The position numbers and the translations under genes are program-made. The notes below the pieces were generated by a model. That model saw nothing but the letters and a program-made list of their open reading frames with translations, did not search any database and was not told where the DNA came from. Source: Selaginella moellendorffii (Eukaryota; Plantae; Lycopodiophyta). From it: a DNA stretch of 64,000 bases. Within the stretch, counting starts at the first letter, position 1, and each line of letters starts with the position of its first letter. Where the stretch lies: NCBI RefSeq assembly GCF_000143415.4, contig NW_003314304.1, forward strand, positions 254,169 to 318,168, read 5' to 3'. Shown one piece after another: positions 35,387-47,843 of the stretch.

Positions 35387-38300
35387 TCACACATTCGCTA
35401 GGTTCTCCTTTGGTTCCCATGTTGCTTCGCAGTGTGGAAATCCTTTCCACTTCACATAGAACTCCCTCACCTCGTGTCCTTGTTGCTTGCTCTTGTGCGC
35501 ATTGAGGATGGCCTCGATTTCGTATTCCTTTTCCCCTTGGATAACCTCAGGTAAAGGTCTCACTTGGTCCTTGCGAAGCAGATCCTCAAAGTACGGCTTA
35601 AGTAAGTTCACATGGAACATTAGGTGCATCTTCCCCATCTCTCGAGGAAGTCAGAGGCGGTAAGCCACTTTACCGATTTGTGCCTCAATCTCGTAAGGCC
35701 CTACGAACTTACTTAAGGAACTCAAGATCAGTTCATTTCCAAGAATACATGCATTTTTACCTTTGGGTCAACTTCCAACTGATCCCACTTGGTAGCTTTA
35801 GGTTCTTGGTGTTCAACCATAGCTTCTCCTCAGGTTGGAACTTTACATCCCGGTGCTTCTAGTTCGCGTACTTGGTTTGCATTTGTTGAGCCCGTTCCAA
35901 GGAATCCCTCACTATATTCCAAATATTGAGTCTTTCTGTCGTAAATGCCTCCATTGTGGGTAACTCTTAATAATACTCAGCCACGCCGAGTTCCATAGGA
36001 CCTTCAATAGCTTGCCCATTGATGACTTCCTAAGGACTCACCCCGATACTTGAGTGTGGTGAGTTGTTATAACACATTTCTGCAAGTCCCAAATGACTTA
36101 CCCAATCAATCTAGTCTCTAGAAATATAGCATTGCAAATAATCCTCCAGCTGCCTATTCACCCTTTCTATTTGTCTGTTTGTCAAGAAGTGTTAGTGCCA
36201 TCAAACTTGACTTAATACCCAATACCTATCTGTGGGTGATATGTTATACTGAATTTCAACTCGGTGGATACTATTCCAGGAGAGTTCTCCAGAACTTACT
36301 AGTGAAGTTCTTATCTCGATCTGAGATAATTTCTTCTGGCCTTCCCCGCACTCAAACTAGTTGTTCGAAGAACAACTTTGCCACACCCTCCACATCCACT
36401 TCCATTGTGGTGGGTATAAAATGTGCCATCTTTGAAAATCGATCCACCACCATGAATATTGCATTAAACCCCTCGCTTGGAGGGAGTCCCATGATGAAGT
36501 CCATTATAAAACATTTCTATGGACGATTTAGAATTTGGATACTTTGTAATAAGCCCCCACTAGCCTTAGTCATGGCTTTGACTTGCTAACATGTTGGACA
36601 TGTCTTTACATAGTCTTGGACATCCTTAGCTATATCTGGCCAGTGATACTTCCTTTTGAGTAAACCTGTCGTCTTAGGCACTCTACCGTGTCTTGCAAGA
36701 GGTTTGTCATGACACTCTTCTAATGCTACCTTCTTTAATTCCCCTTCGGGAACATACACCCTCGTTTGTTTATAATAGATGAGTCCATTGTGTTCCACAT
36801 AACCCATTCTCTCTTCCGTTGGTAGCTCACCTCTCTGGTGAGCTTCTCGCACCTCTTGGTTCCTCAACAACACTTCTTGTGCTAGACCATCATTGTCATA
36901 CGCTGTCCGCATATCATCCCAAAAGGTTGCTGTCATGTTAGATATTGCTAACTTTAAGCTCGCTTTTTGACTTAGAGCATCCGCCATGATGTTGCTCTTC
37001 CCAGATTTATACAGAATCTCGCAATCAAACTCAGCTAAAGCATTAGCCCACTAACCTTATTTCCCTCTCAAGTCGAGCTGTGACAAGAAGTGTTTTATTG
37101 CCACATTATCTGTGTAAACTTTGAAGTGTCTCCCAAGGTAGTGTCGCCACTCCTTGAGTGCCTTGACCACTGCAAACAATTCCTTCTCGTGGGCAGGCCA
37201 CTTTCGCTGAGCCCTATCCAACTTCTTCGAGAAGAACACTATTGGATGGTTGTCTTGCTTCAACACTGTGCCCAACACAAAGTCCGAAGCATCCGTTTCT
37301 ACCTCAAAGTCCTTACCAAAGTCTGGTAACGCCAGCATGGGAGCCTTCCTCAACTTCCCTTTGAGGTGGACAAATGTTGCCTCGCATTCCGCTGTTCATA
37401 CCATCTTCCCTTTTCCCGTTTGGTCCGTTAAAGGTAGGGCTACTCTCAAATAGTGTTTGATAAACTTTCGGTAGTAGTTGTATAGCCCTAAGAATGCCTT
37501 TAACTCATGTATATTCGATGGTTGTTCCTATTTCTGGATCGCTTGGACCTTCTTAGGGTCTACCTTGAGCTCGTCCTTGCCCACCACATGCCGGAGAAAC
37601 TTTACTTCTTGTTGAGCAAAGTCACATTTACTCTCTTTAGCATACAGTTGGTGTTCCCTTAGTTTCTCAAACACCTTCGTCAAGTGTTCGGCATGCTTCT
37701 CCAGGGTCTTGCTATAGATCAAGATGTCGTCAATGTAGACAACCATGAAATAATCCAAATAGGGTACAAAGTTATGGTTTATCAACGCCAAGAACATTGC
37801 TGGTGCATTGCACAGCCCAAAGAGCATTACTAGGAACTCAAAACTTCTATACCTAGTTTGACAGGTTGTCTTCTTGACATCTTCTTTTACTACCTTGATC
37901 TGGTAGTATCCTGACGTTAGGTTGATCCTCGAGAAGTATTTCACCTTTCCCAACTTATCGAATAAGTCCTCAATCCTTGGTAAAGGGTATTTGTTCTCTT
38001 CTTTGTATACTTGTTGAGTAACCGATAGTCTATGCAAATATGTATAGATCCATCTTTTTTTTTTTCACAAATAACACCGGTGCACCATATGGTGACTTGC
38101 TCAACTTAATATACCATCTTTCCACCAACTCCTCAAGTTGGCGTTTGAGCTCCTTGAGTTCTTTTTCGTTCAACCGATAGGGGGAACGAACCACCTCCTT
38201 AGCACCCTCAACAAGCTCAATCTTGTGTTTTATTGGTCATTCAGGGGGTAACTCCACCGGTAGCTCCTCCGGCATGGTATCTTGGAATTAATCCAACACT

Positions 38301-40094
38301 CATTGGATCACTAAAGACACTTCTTTTGTTCCCGTCTTTTTGTCACTCCTCACCGAGAGTAAGCACAAAAATGCTGCCTTGGTTTCTTTAGTGAGTTGTC
38401 CTCTCGTGGACACCAGGTTCAAGCAAGAGTCTTATGCCTTACATTGCCCTACCTTTAGATCCTGGGCCTCCACCCTGGATCGTTCTCTTCGGGCATTTGC
38501 TAGTACCACAAGGTTCCTACCTTGTCCATACAAGGCTACCACGAACCGATTGAACCAATCCATCCCAAAGAGTACATCAAATCCTACCATGTCCAACACG
38601 GTGAAATCCATATCTACTTTCCAAGTCCTGACTTCAACTCTTGCTTGTCAAAGTACCTCATCGGTACTTTGGGTACCTTGAACAAACTCTATAGTCCTTG
38701 GTTCACCCAGCCATTGCACCGTTAGTCCAGCTTGCCGGATTATGTCTATAACCACAAAATTATCTGAGCACCTATGTCAATAAAGATCTTAACAAAGCTA
38801 CCTTCAAGCTTCCCTTGGAGAGCTAATAGATGTTGTGAATGACTCTCTACCAAAGTTGCTCATGTAATGAATAACTTTGAGCTAGGGACTAGATCACGTA
38901 CCTCAATTTAGATTTCACCCAACTTAATAGCCATATTGGCTTTGGTCTTTTTTGGGTAGGGACATTCCCTCGAAAAGTGTCCCACTTCACCACATATTGT
39001 TATTTCCCACGCTACTAGTAGACTTGACCTTCTTATTCACGGGTTTGTCTATTTTTGCTTAACTCCCCCATATACTTGCTCGCTGGCCACTGGATCTACC
39101 TTTTTTGGAACCCAGAAGACTCATTCTTAGAGAAATTCTTCTTGAATTTCCCTTTGCTATATGTCCCCCTTAGTTTGGCCCCTTTGCTAAATGTGGACCC
39201 CAACCTCGTCGTGTTCCCCTTTTGTAAGTTATCATTAAAATGCACCTTGATAACTGCATCTAACACTTCTTTGTAGTTTGTCAGGTTCCAACGCATCACC
39301 TCACTATGAGCCCAGGTTTGCAAGCCTGATATGAAGGTATGGAATGCATCCATATCACCCATATCTATGACAAGTATCCTCTTTGCCATAAACCCATTCA
39401 CATACTCTTGAATGATTCTGGTCTGCTTCAGCCTACTCAGCTCATCCCTTTGGTGCATAGTAGCATTCAGAGGAAAGTAAGTCATGCGGATCCTCGCCTT
39501 CATCATTTCCCAAGTGGCCATCGGTCCTTTTTTGGCCTTTGTTGTTCTCCACCAAGACTTCACATTATCTGCTAAGTATGGTTTTGCACATGGAACCTTC
39601 TCCGAGCTTGGTAATCACAACGCTCAAAAGTAGTCCTTCATATCGTAAAACCAATCCTCCACCACCTTATAATCATTCACTCTATTAAAGATTGGTGGGG
39701 GCTTTGGTTTGTACTTAGGAACTGCTTGAGGGACTGATTCCAATTTAGTCTGTTCAACCTTGTTTGGTTCCGCCTCAGTCCCTACCAAAGGGTCCTCACC
39801 TTCTACATTGCCAGCATCTGCAGTCTTTCACTTTTTCTTCTACTTCTCATCACGTTTTAGCTTGTGTATGAGAGTCTCCAGTAGGGCATTAGTTTGTGCC
39901 AATTGTCTTTTTAGAACATCCAATCAAGCCTTTGATGACTAAACCTCACCACCGGACTCTTGTTTGGAAGTTTCCTTACTAGAGTCCTCCTCATGCAAGG
40001 ATTCCTCATCCATAGCCTGTTGTTCGACTGAAGGCTTTAGCTCTGGAGGAGGTTCCATCTCTGCCTTGGTTTGCTTATGCCTTGCTTTTGCCAT
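35387..40094 (-). pseudogene. gag-pol of family A copy 2
   Basis: YIDDILIYS, ETDASDFVLG, VYTDN, ADALS, CHDKPLARH...CPTC zinc-binding motif and chromodomain. Colinear with copy A1. Confidence 0.93.
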
Positions 40095-42850
40095 CTCCCA
40101 GCAATCTGCCTCTATCCTTCCCTAGAACTAAGGAAAACACTCCGATACAAAATTATAAGCCATAAATTTTTCCTTTCCAATTTGCTAGTTTACCTTGTCT
40201 ATCTAACCACCATGACCTTGGCTTTTGCTAAGTTCCCTCGCCAAGGTTCTTGCCTATTTTACTAGCTCCTACTTGGTTCTACTTAGTTTCAGCAACTCAC
40301 TGCACGAGCAATAGAGTGTTAGCCATCCTGCCACGGATTCCCAAATCTCTCCCAATCCCCCTCCCCAGGTTAAACTGAACTTAAGGTTCGGCTACACTCC
40401 TCGTAAGCACAAGCAACCAAGCACATCAAGCTTCCAGGTTCCTAACACCCCTTGGTACAACAAAACTTAATCATGGGACCTTCTAAATCCCAAGCCTTGG
40501 GTGCAACATGTGCTTCGGGACATTGGGGGGAAACACCATGGCCTAACGGCCTGGTATGGGTACCTCTACTCCCCCACTCCCATCCCAAAAGGAAGGCCCA
40601 AGCCCCTAGGAAGGGCAAGGACCAATGAGCCACCCCCCCCTGGGAGACACACGCTTTGGGCTTTCACCCCTCGACCTATATTAGTACTCGGACTTGGTCT
40701 CAAACTCAATCTTGGACTCGACCTCGGACTTGGTCTCAGACTCGATCTTAGACATGACCTCGAACCCAATCTTGGACTCGACCTCGGACTCAACCTCAAA
40801 CTCAGTCTCGAACCCGATCTCGGATCTCGGATCTCAGACTTGAACTCGGTCTTGGAGTCAACCTCGGACTCGATCCCGGACTTTGTCTCGAACTCGGTCT
40901 CAGAGTCGGTCTTGGACTTGATCTTAGACTCGGTCCCATCTGATGAACTCTTTATCATTTTGGTCATGCTTTCGGGGATCCTTTAGCTTACGACACCTCG
41001 TGGAGTTGGTTCCTTACAATGATCCATATAAGCATTTGGCTTAGCAAATTATTTAATGTGGTTGTAGTAAATAACTACAGTTAGGATCACAAGAATGAGG
41101 GAAACTTTTAGATGATAAAGGAGTCATAAGGTTATCATATAGTTAAGGTTGGTGCTCATGAATTTAAGATTAAAATTAATGACCGTGGGAGGTTGAATAC
41201 GGATGAGGACACAAGTCCTCAAAATGGTAACCATGGCCACCTTTAATAAATGCTGAAACAACCCAAGGAGTTGGAGGTGTATTTAGAGGATGAGTCGGTA
41301 TTCTCATCATATGGATAGATAGTCTTAATGGGCAAAGCTAGCCCACAAGGAACGAAAAATAATCAAATATCAAAATAACATTTGTTAAGATGGTCCTTGT
41401 GAGTAGGACATGAATACAAAAAGTTGTATTCTAGTTAACTAACACCTCAAAATAGTTATAAAGCTAGGATCTTACGGATTGTTAAATTAACAAAAGTTCA
41501 AAAACTTGGATAACTTAAGTGGAGTCAAAGAATGGTCATAAAGGACTAGTGGAAACATTTGGACTGAGGTGTGTTGCACTCTATAAAAGATGGGGAAGAT
41601 TACAAAATCCAAGTACGAGAATAGTGGGTATTTCATTAATGGCTAAATGTGCCATACTAAAGTTGTGGGAAAAATGTTCTCAGAAGAAAGAAACTTTGGT
41701 ACAGAGTTATGTGTGAATACTATAGTGTAGTGTTAATTGATAGTTGGCATAAGAAATGACTACTTTGGTCTTGGAAAAGACTTAAACATAAGTGGAAAGT
41801 GTTATAAGAGTAGGTTTGTAGAGCCAATTGTATGAAGACACCAAATGTGTCAAGTTCATGAGAACCTTTTGCCAAAAGAAGCCTAATGGAAATAAGAATG
41901 GCATATCCTAAGTAAAGCCATTTGTAGATGCATATACAGAGGTTGGGTTTAAGTGTCAACCCTTTAATGTTTGGGTTTGAGTCTCAACTCACTAGGGCAT
42001 AATGATGGTTTGGAATATAAGGACACTCATTTTTTGGTGGTCATGGACTCTCAGTAAAGAGACTAGCTTGGGCACAACACCAAATGGGGGATGCCCCAAA
42101 GTTGTGATGCAAGGTTAAATTACTTAATATGAAAGCTCAGTATATCTAACTTGAACACTTTGGTGCAAGTGGCACCAAGGACGTGATAAATGAGATAGAA
42201 ACACCCAATATTAGTTGCTATGGACTCTCGGTCAGAAGAGCTGGCTTGGGTGCACCGCTAAGTGTGGGGGATGCCCCTGGGGTCATGGTCAACAACTTAA
42301 AGGTCTAGAAAACTTAATACCTATTAACAAACCTATTAAAGTGTCAAAGTTAGATCACTATGTGATCTTATAGATAAGCAAGGATAAAATTCTTATGAGG
42401 TTAAGGAATAATATTTTTAGTTCGAAGTATTGGCTTGGTCAAGGTGACCAAGTGAGAAGGACATCTAAAGGAAATGAACTACGACAATACAATGGTATTG
42501 TGAGTTCAAAAAAATAGTCTTTAAAAAAGGACCCATGAATAGGTGGTAAAGTTGGGCCATAGATAAAGCCCAGAATTGAAAATATTGGGAAAACTTACTA
42601 AGGATAAACACCCTTTAAACTTGGCAAAGCAAAGCCTTTATTATAGAACCAAAATAATATTTTGAGGGTGGAAGTAAATCCTATATTGATTGGTGTAACG
42701 ATCAAAGGATAGGAGCAAAAAACTAGTGGCCAAGAATGGGCCATGAAAATCATTGAAAGGAATCCAAATGGCAATGTTACACAAGGAACACTCATGTATT
42801 GAATGCTAATAGATTGTGGGAAAGGAAATATATTTCTAAGGTATTTCTAA

Positions 42851-42959
42851 GTATCCCAAAACCCTTAACCGATTGAAAAAAGAGGTGTTATAAGCCTTTT
42901 CCCTCTATATTTGAACCCTAACAAATTGTTTCTCAAATTGTTCTCCTTGGTTATTTACA
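42851..42959 (-). mobile_element. Degenerate partial Cassandra LTR (another remnant at about 47030-47100)
   Basis: TATCCCAAAACCCTTAACCGATTG...TTGGTTATTTACA aligns to 43200-43315. Confidence 0.7.
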
Positions 42960-43121
42960 ATGATATTGTTAATTCTCTTTATTACTCTTTATTAGTCTCC
43001 ACCCAAGTTAGTTGAGAAAATAATCATTATGTATGTACTTATGTTAGATAATTATAAGTAAGAATGTCTATATATTTCATACTCAACCCAATATAAAAAC
43101 TCGTATGTTGGCTTGCACTTG

Positions 43122-43714
43122 TGTAAGCTCTTGTGTTTGGACTTCCCGGGAGGTCACCCAACCCAGTACTATTCAAACCCAAAGACGCTTAACTCCAACT
43201 ATCCCAAAACCCTTAACCAATTGGAAAAGGGGGTGCACTCTTGTTCATGGGCCCTTTCCCTCTATATTTGAACCCCATGGATCGTCTCTCGAGCCGTTCC
43301 CTTTGGTTGCTTACAATCCACCACGCTTCCCTGCAAGTTCACGCCCTCGTGAACGGAAGTTGAGAGCCGCAACTCTCCTGAGAGCCTCGCTCTCTTGACA
43401 CCCTACCCCTCGGGTCGAGCCCAGTGGGAGCAAACTGGACTAGCCAGATGTCAATCAATATGTGGTGTGATTCCCCTAGCCAACCAATAGAGTCGGACCC
43501 GAGACCTCTCTGATACCAAATGTAAGCTCCTGTGTTTGGACTTCCCGGGAGGTCACCCAGCCCAGTACTATTCAAACCCAAAGACGCTTAACTCCAACTA
43601 TCCCAAAACCCTTAACCAATTGGAAAAGGGGGTGCACTCTTGTTCATAGGCCCTTTCCCTCTATATTTGAACCCCATGGATTGTCTCTCGAGCTGTTCCC
43701 TTTGGTTGCTTACA
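43122..43714 (-). mobile_element. Complete Cassandra-type TRIM (593 bp) with 5S rRNA-like LTR cores
   Basis: 194-bp LTRs at 43122-43315 and 43521-43714. Perfect TSD ACTTG (43117-43121, 43715-43719). PBS TGGTATCAGAG and PPT GGGAAGCGTGGTGGAT. The LTR core AGTTAAGCGT...AGTACTGGGTTGGGTGACCTCCCGGGAAGTCC matches the 5S internal promoter (A box, intermediate element, C box). Confidence 0.95.
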
Positions 43715-44311
43715 ACTTGTTAGTGTTAAGAACCTTTATAATATTGAGCTTGGTCCTTCAATATTCACTAGGTGATAGCTTACCGTATTTGCCAAAACAC
43801 TCTCGCTATCCCTCATGTATTAGATCTATTTAGTCCCATTGGTTATTATGGGAAGTGTCTAGGTTTGCTAATTAGCATATCTATGGAATATAGAGATTGT
43901 TTTGAATATAATAGTGTTATTCTCTTATCAAAATTCATAGTTTAATATCATTCTATATTTAGTAAGTTTTCGTGATTGTTCTAGAGACTAACTGCTAGGA
44001 CCAAGTGAAAGCCTAAAGTGCGCATTCCTCTCAAGGGAGGGGCAAATTCCAAATGTATAATAGGGATAATAGGTAAGTCAGGAATGGCTGACCAACCTGA
44101 GGCATAGTCTAACTCCTTACTTAAGTGCCTATCTTTATTATGTGTTCGGCTTGGGTTTAAACCCAAGCTCTATACCATATTAGTTGGTGGAGTACCTATA
44201 TTCTTACATTATACCATTAATATGCTAAAATAGTGCCAAACTCTATTTTATATGTTGCTTTTTGCATTAAGATTCTAGAAGCTCTATAACTATTCTAATG
44301 CTCCTTGGTTT

Positions 44312-46585
44312 TATAAGACACAAATCTTTAACCCCCAATGTGGAGCCAAAAGGGTGCCACGTGGTAATGGCCAAAATTGAAGTTCAATAAGTGTAATACA
44401 TTTGGACTAAAAGCTTTGACTCAAAAAGTCAAGAGTGGGAGTGGAACTCTCAATGAAATACTCAAGGAACAAGTACAAAGCAATAATAAACAAGTCTCTA
44501 GAAAGGGACACAAAAGAGACCAACACATGATAAATATTAGGACCGAACCCAAATCCAAGATGGAGTTTGAGAAGGAGCTTGTGATAAAGTCTAAAAAAGA
44601 ATCCAAGAAAAAGGCTAAAAAAGAGTCCAAGATGAAGTCTAAAATGGAGTCTGAAAAGAAGTCAAAGATGGAGTTTGAGATGGAGTTTAAGATGGAATCT
44701 AAAAAGGAGTCTGAGATGGAGTCTAAGATCAATCTAAGATGGAGTCCAAAATGGGAGTTTGAGGCTAGGACCAAGGCTGAGATTGAGACCGAGATTGAGA
44801 CTGAGACTAGGTCCGACACCAAGTCCGAGTTCAAGTTTGAGTCCGAGTTTGAGTCTGAGTTCAAGTTTGAGTCCGAGTTTGAGTCTGAGTTCAAGTCTAA
44901 GAGTGAAAGCCTAAAACAATTGTCTCCCAAACCCTAAGAGGTTTAATAAGTCCCTATGGGATAATAAGAGTGGAATTAGTTTGGCCAAGAAAAGCTAATG
45001 TGACTAATGAAGGTTATACTCATATGATAAGTGATAATAAAGCTATTAAGGAGTCCAAGATTAGAGTGAATATATATTGATAAGTGAGGTAACTTAATGA
45101 AGTGTTCAAGAGGTAACTCTAGCTCCCCAAGAAGATCAAATAGTCAATGTTCCCAATCTAAGTGTGGGTGGCACTATCTACTTGGATACCATATATGCCT
45201 CCTCAGGGTTGGGGCACTATAATAGCAGAGGGTGGGGGAGTACCCATGAGGTTTATGTTAAGCTGCAATCTTTCAAAATATTGTTTTAAAGTCTTGGACC
45301 ATAAAAAGAAAGAGGAGTGGTCCTTTGGCTTAATGACCAAGCATATGTTACATAGTGAGGAAGTCTCAAAGGTTAGTGGGGTTTAATGGATGGGCATTTA
45401 GGCCTTGGATCAATAGTGGTGTTGGCAACTGTAATGCATGTGATCATGGGATGAGATTTGGATATACTGTCACCGTGGATCCTTGGAACATTGGGAGATA
45501 AATGGGGATAAAATAGCCACTAAAGGCTCTCTCATCAAGCAATTGCCCCTTTTCCAGTTGGCTTAAGGGGAGAGAGATAAGGTGCGCTACAGTTGGTATC
45601 GGAGCAAATGGCACGGGTTCGATTCCCATTGATTAGTGGCTACTTAAAAGTATAATATACCCTTGAGCAAGGTATATTCCTACCCCTAAATTTGAAATCG
45701 TACGTATTGGGCATCCATGCGTACGTCCTTCCTCTTGTGTGGAGTATCTACGGACGAAGGTATCCACTATGGGACTGCGGTACGGGTGGATGACTAGTTG
45801 CCTCACATGGAATAGCTAGTCTACACTAGTCAATAGTCAATGAGGACATTGACATCTCTTAAGGGGGGGTGAGTGTAGCGCATGTGATCATGGGATGAGA
45901 TTTGGATATACTGTCACCGTGGATCCACTCAGCGCATGTGATCATGGGATGAGATTTGGATATACTGCCACCGTGGATCCACTCAGCGCATGTGATCATG
46001 GGATGAGATTTGGATATACTGTCACCGTGGATCCTTGGAACCTTGGGAGATAAATGGGGATAAAATAGCCATTAAGGGCTCTCTCATCAAGCAATTGCCC
46101 CTTTTCCAGTTGGCTTAAGGGGAGAGAGATAAGGTACGCTACAACAAGCACTACCATGGACAAAAACAGACTTAGTAGGGACTAAATAATGGATATTGAA
46201 AAATTGTGTTCCCCATATTTTGGGGCATTCTAAGGATGTTAAAATGAGGTTATGGGATAACCACTTATAGATGAATGGCTCAATCTCAAAAAGATAGAAC
46301 CGTGTTGCAAATGGTCTTGGATTATTAATGAATCAAGGGTAAATGGATATAACCTTAGTGTAACAGGTTAAGATGTCAATAGTTCCTTTGGATGTTAGAA
46401 GTGAGATTGGACATATGGAGCATTTATACTAAATGTGAAGCTAATATGGTCTTGAGATCACATATAGGGAAAAGCAAGTACCCCAATGCAAATAAAGACC
46501 TTTAGAGTTTATGAGTAAGATTCCTCCAAATGGTCATAGGTATGGTTAAGTGAGTAAAATAGAATGGAAAACTTAATCATTTATA
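44312..46585 (+). mobile_element. Decayed solo LTR of family B, interrupted by TRIM D
   Basis: Colinear with the other B LTRs. Ends TATAAGACAC...AATCATTTATA (TG/CA mutated). No PPT before it. Confidence 0.75.
45430..46143 (+). mobile_element. TRIM family D: 162-bp LTRs; the 3' LTR carries a 54-bp triplication
   Basis: LTR 45430-45591, PBS TGGTATCGGAGC at 45594-45605, PPT AAGGGGGGGTGAG at 45861-45873, LTR 45874-46143. Flanks GCAAC/ACAAG are each one change from the GCAAG seen in the B LTR near 1360. Confidence 0.9.
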
Positions 46586-47843
46586 AGTTATATGTTTAGG
46601 AATTTGACTTTATACCTTCATTCAGTGCCCAAAGCCTTGAACCTCGGGATCCACTCTATTGCCCTTGACGCACGTGTCTAAAGGTTTAGTTCCACTCTAT
46701 GGTTATTCTATGGCAAATCACCATAGGGTATGGTGAAAACCATGTACATTACACTCATAACTTTTTCTTAGATTACATTGAAAGCAATGCAAACGTAAAT
46801 TTAAGATTTAGTGAAGTTAAGTCTAAGAAAAGAGTTATTAAAGATGAAGGATCAAGCACATAAATCATCTTTTCTCCTCTAAGAAACACATAATTTATCT
46901 TCTTTCTTACAGAAAATGATTTATAATGAGATGTGATTGTATTACTTATATTTACATCATGCAATCAAAAGTCCCTATTTCAATGCATATAGGTTATGGC
47001 GATTTTACAAGTGGTATGTTCTAAGGTGGATAACCTAAAACTCTTAACTGATTAAAAAAAAAGGTGCATTCTTATTCATGGACTTTTTCCTTTTATATTT
47101 CCTTAGCATATATATTCACAGGTTAAGTTCTACTACATGGTTATGCTAGTAAAGTATTATAAGATATTTAGTGTCATAATAGTTTGATTTTCATCTTCTC
47201 TCATTTCAAGTTTCTTTTGAAATAATCTTGTTCTATTTTTTTCATTTTATCTTGCTTAGTATGTATCATAACATAATTCTAAATGCTCCTTAGTGGCACA
47301 AAGATAACTTAACCTATCTTTAAATTATATATTGACTATAGGAAATAGAAATACCATATTCAGAAATAGGATTCTTGATACCTAAAATAAATATCTTATA
47401 TATATACATATATATAAAATAATTAAATAAAATGTTATTTTTATTTTGAAAGAGAAATATATATTAGATATTAGATACAATAAATAAAATATATTAATAA
47501 TTAATTAATATTATATAAAATTTGAATACAAATACATACATATAAAGCTTATAGAAAGGATAAAAGTATTTGAGTCCCCAAACTTAAAGTCCTTAAGAAA
47601 CTGAAGCAAAATATTATTAATTTATTTTATGCTTGAAGACTATTTATGGTATTTTTATTTTAAAGAAAATGTTAAAGTAAGAATTTCCAGTATGACTTTA
47701 ATCTCTTTATTAAATAATATTCAGAAAGACATTTTATATACTGGTAAATTAGATTTTTAAAATTTTATTATTGACACAATATATAAATTGAAATATATTT
47801 TCATTAACTACTGCCTAGATAGAAAAAAGAGAACTCAAGAATT

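Larger units (their letters stand above)
13379..41018 (-). mobile_element. Ty3/Gypsy chromovirus family A copy 2; its 3' LTR (13379-14161 plus 34576-34922) is split by a 20.4-kb insertion; 5' LTR 40154-41018
   Basis: TSD GTGAT (13374-13378)/ATGAT (41019-41023). Decayed PBS at 40139-40150, PPT at 34923-34934. LTR sequence resumes exactly across the insertion. The 5' LTR has an internal deletion near 40630. Confidence 0.92.
11453..42845 (+). mobile_element. Family B LTR element, 3'-truncated: 5' LTR 11453-13126, internal 13127-13378 and 41024-42845; host of the nested stack
   Basis: LTR ends AATTTAGTCACTTACA, followed by a decayed PBS-like TGGTGTTGGAG. Internal 42400-42840 matches 18360-18840 (minus) of the other B copy. 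No pol motifs seen, so probably non-autonomous (LARD-like). Confidence 0.7.

Noticed and set aside
43139-43197. 5S rRNA gene
   Set aside because: Only the internal promoter part of 5S is present, embedded in both LTRs of a TRIM; no full 120-nt gene.
11453-46585. A single B element with LTRs 11453-13126 and 44312-46585
   Set aside because: B internal sequence breaks off near 42845, unrelated sequence follows, the right LTR has no PPT and the outer flanks do not form a TSD.
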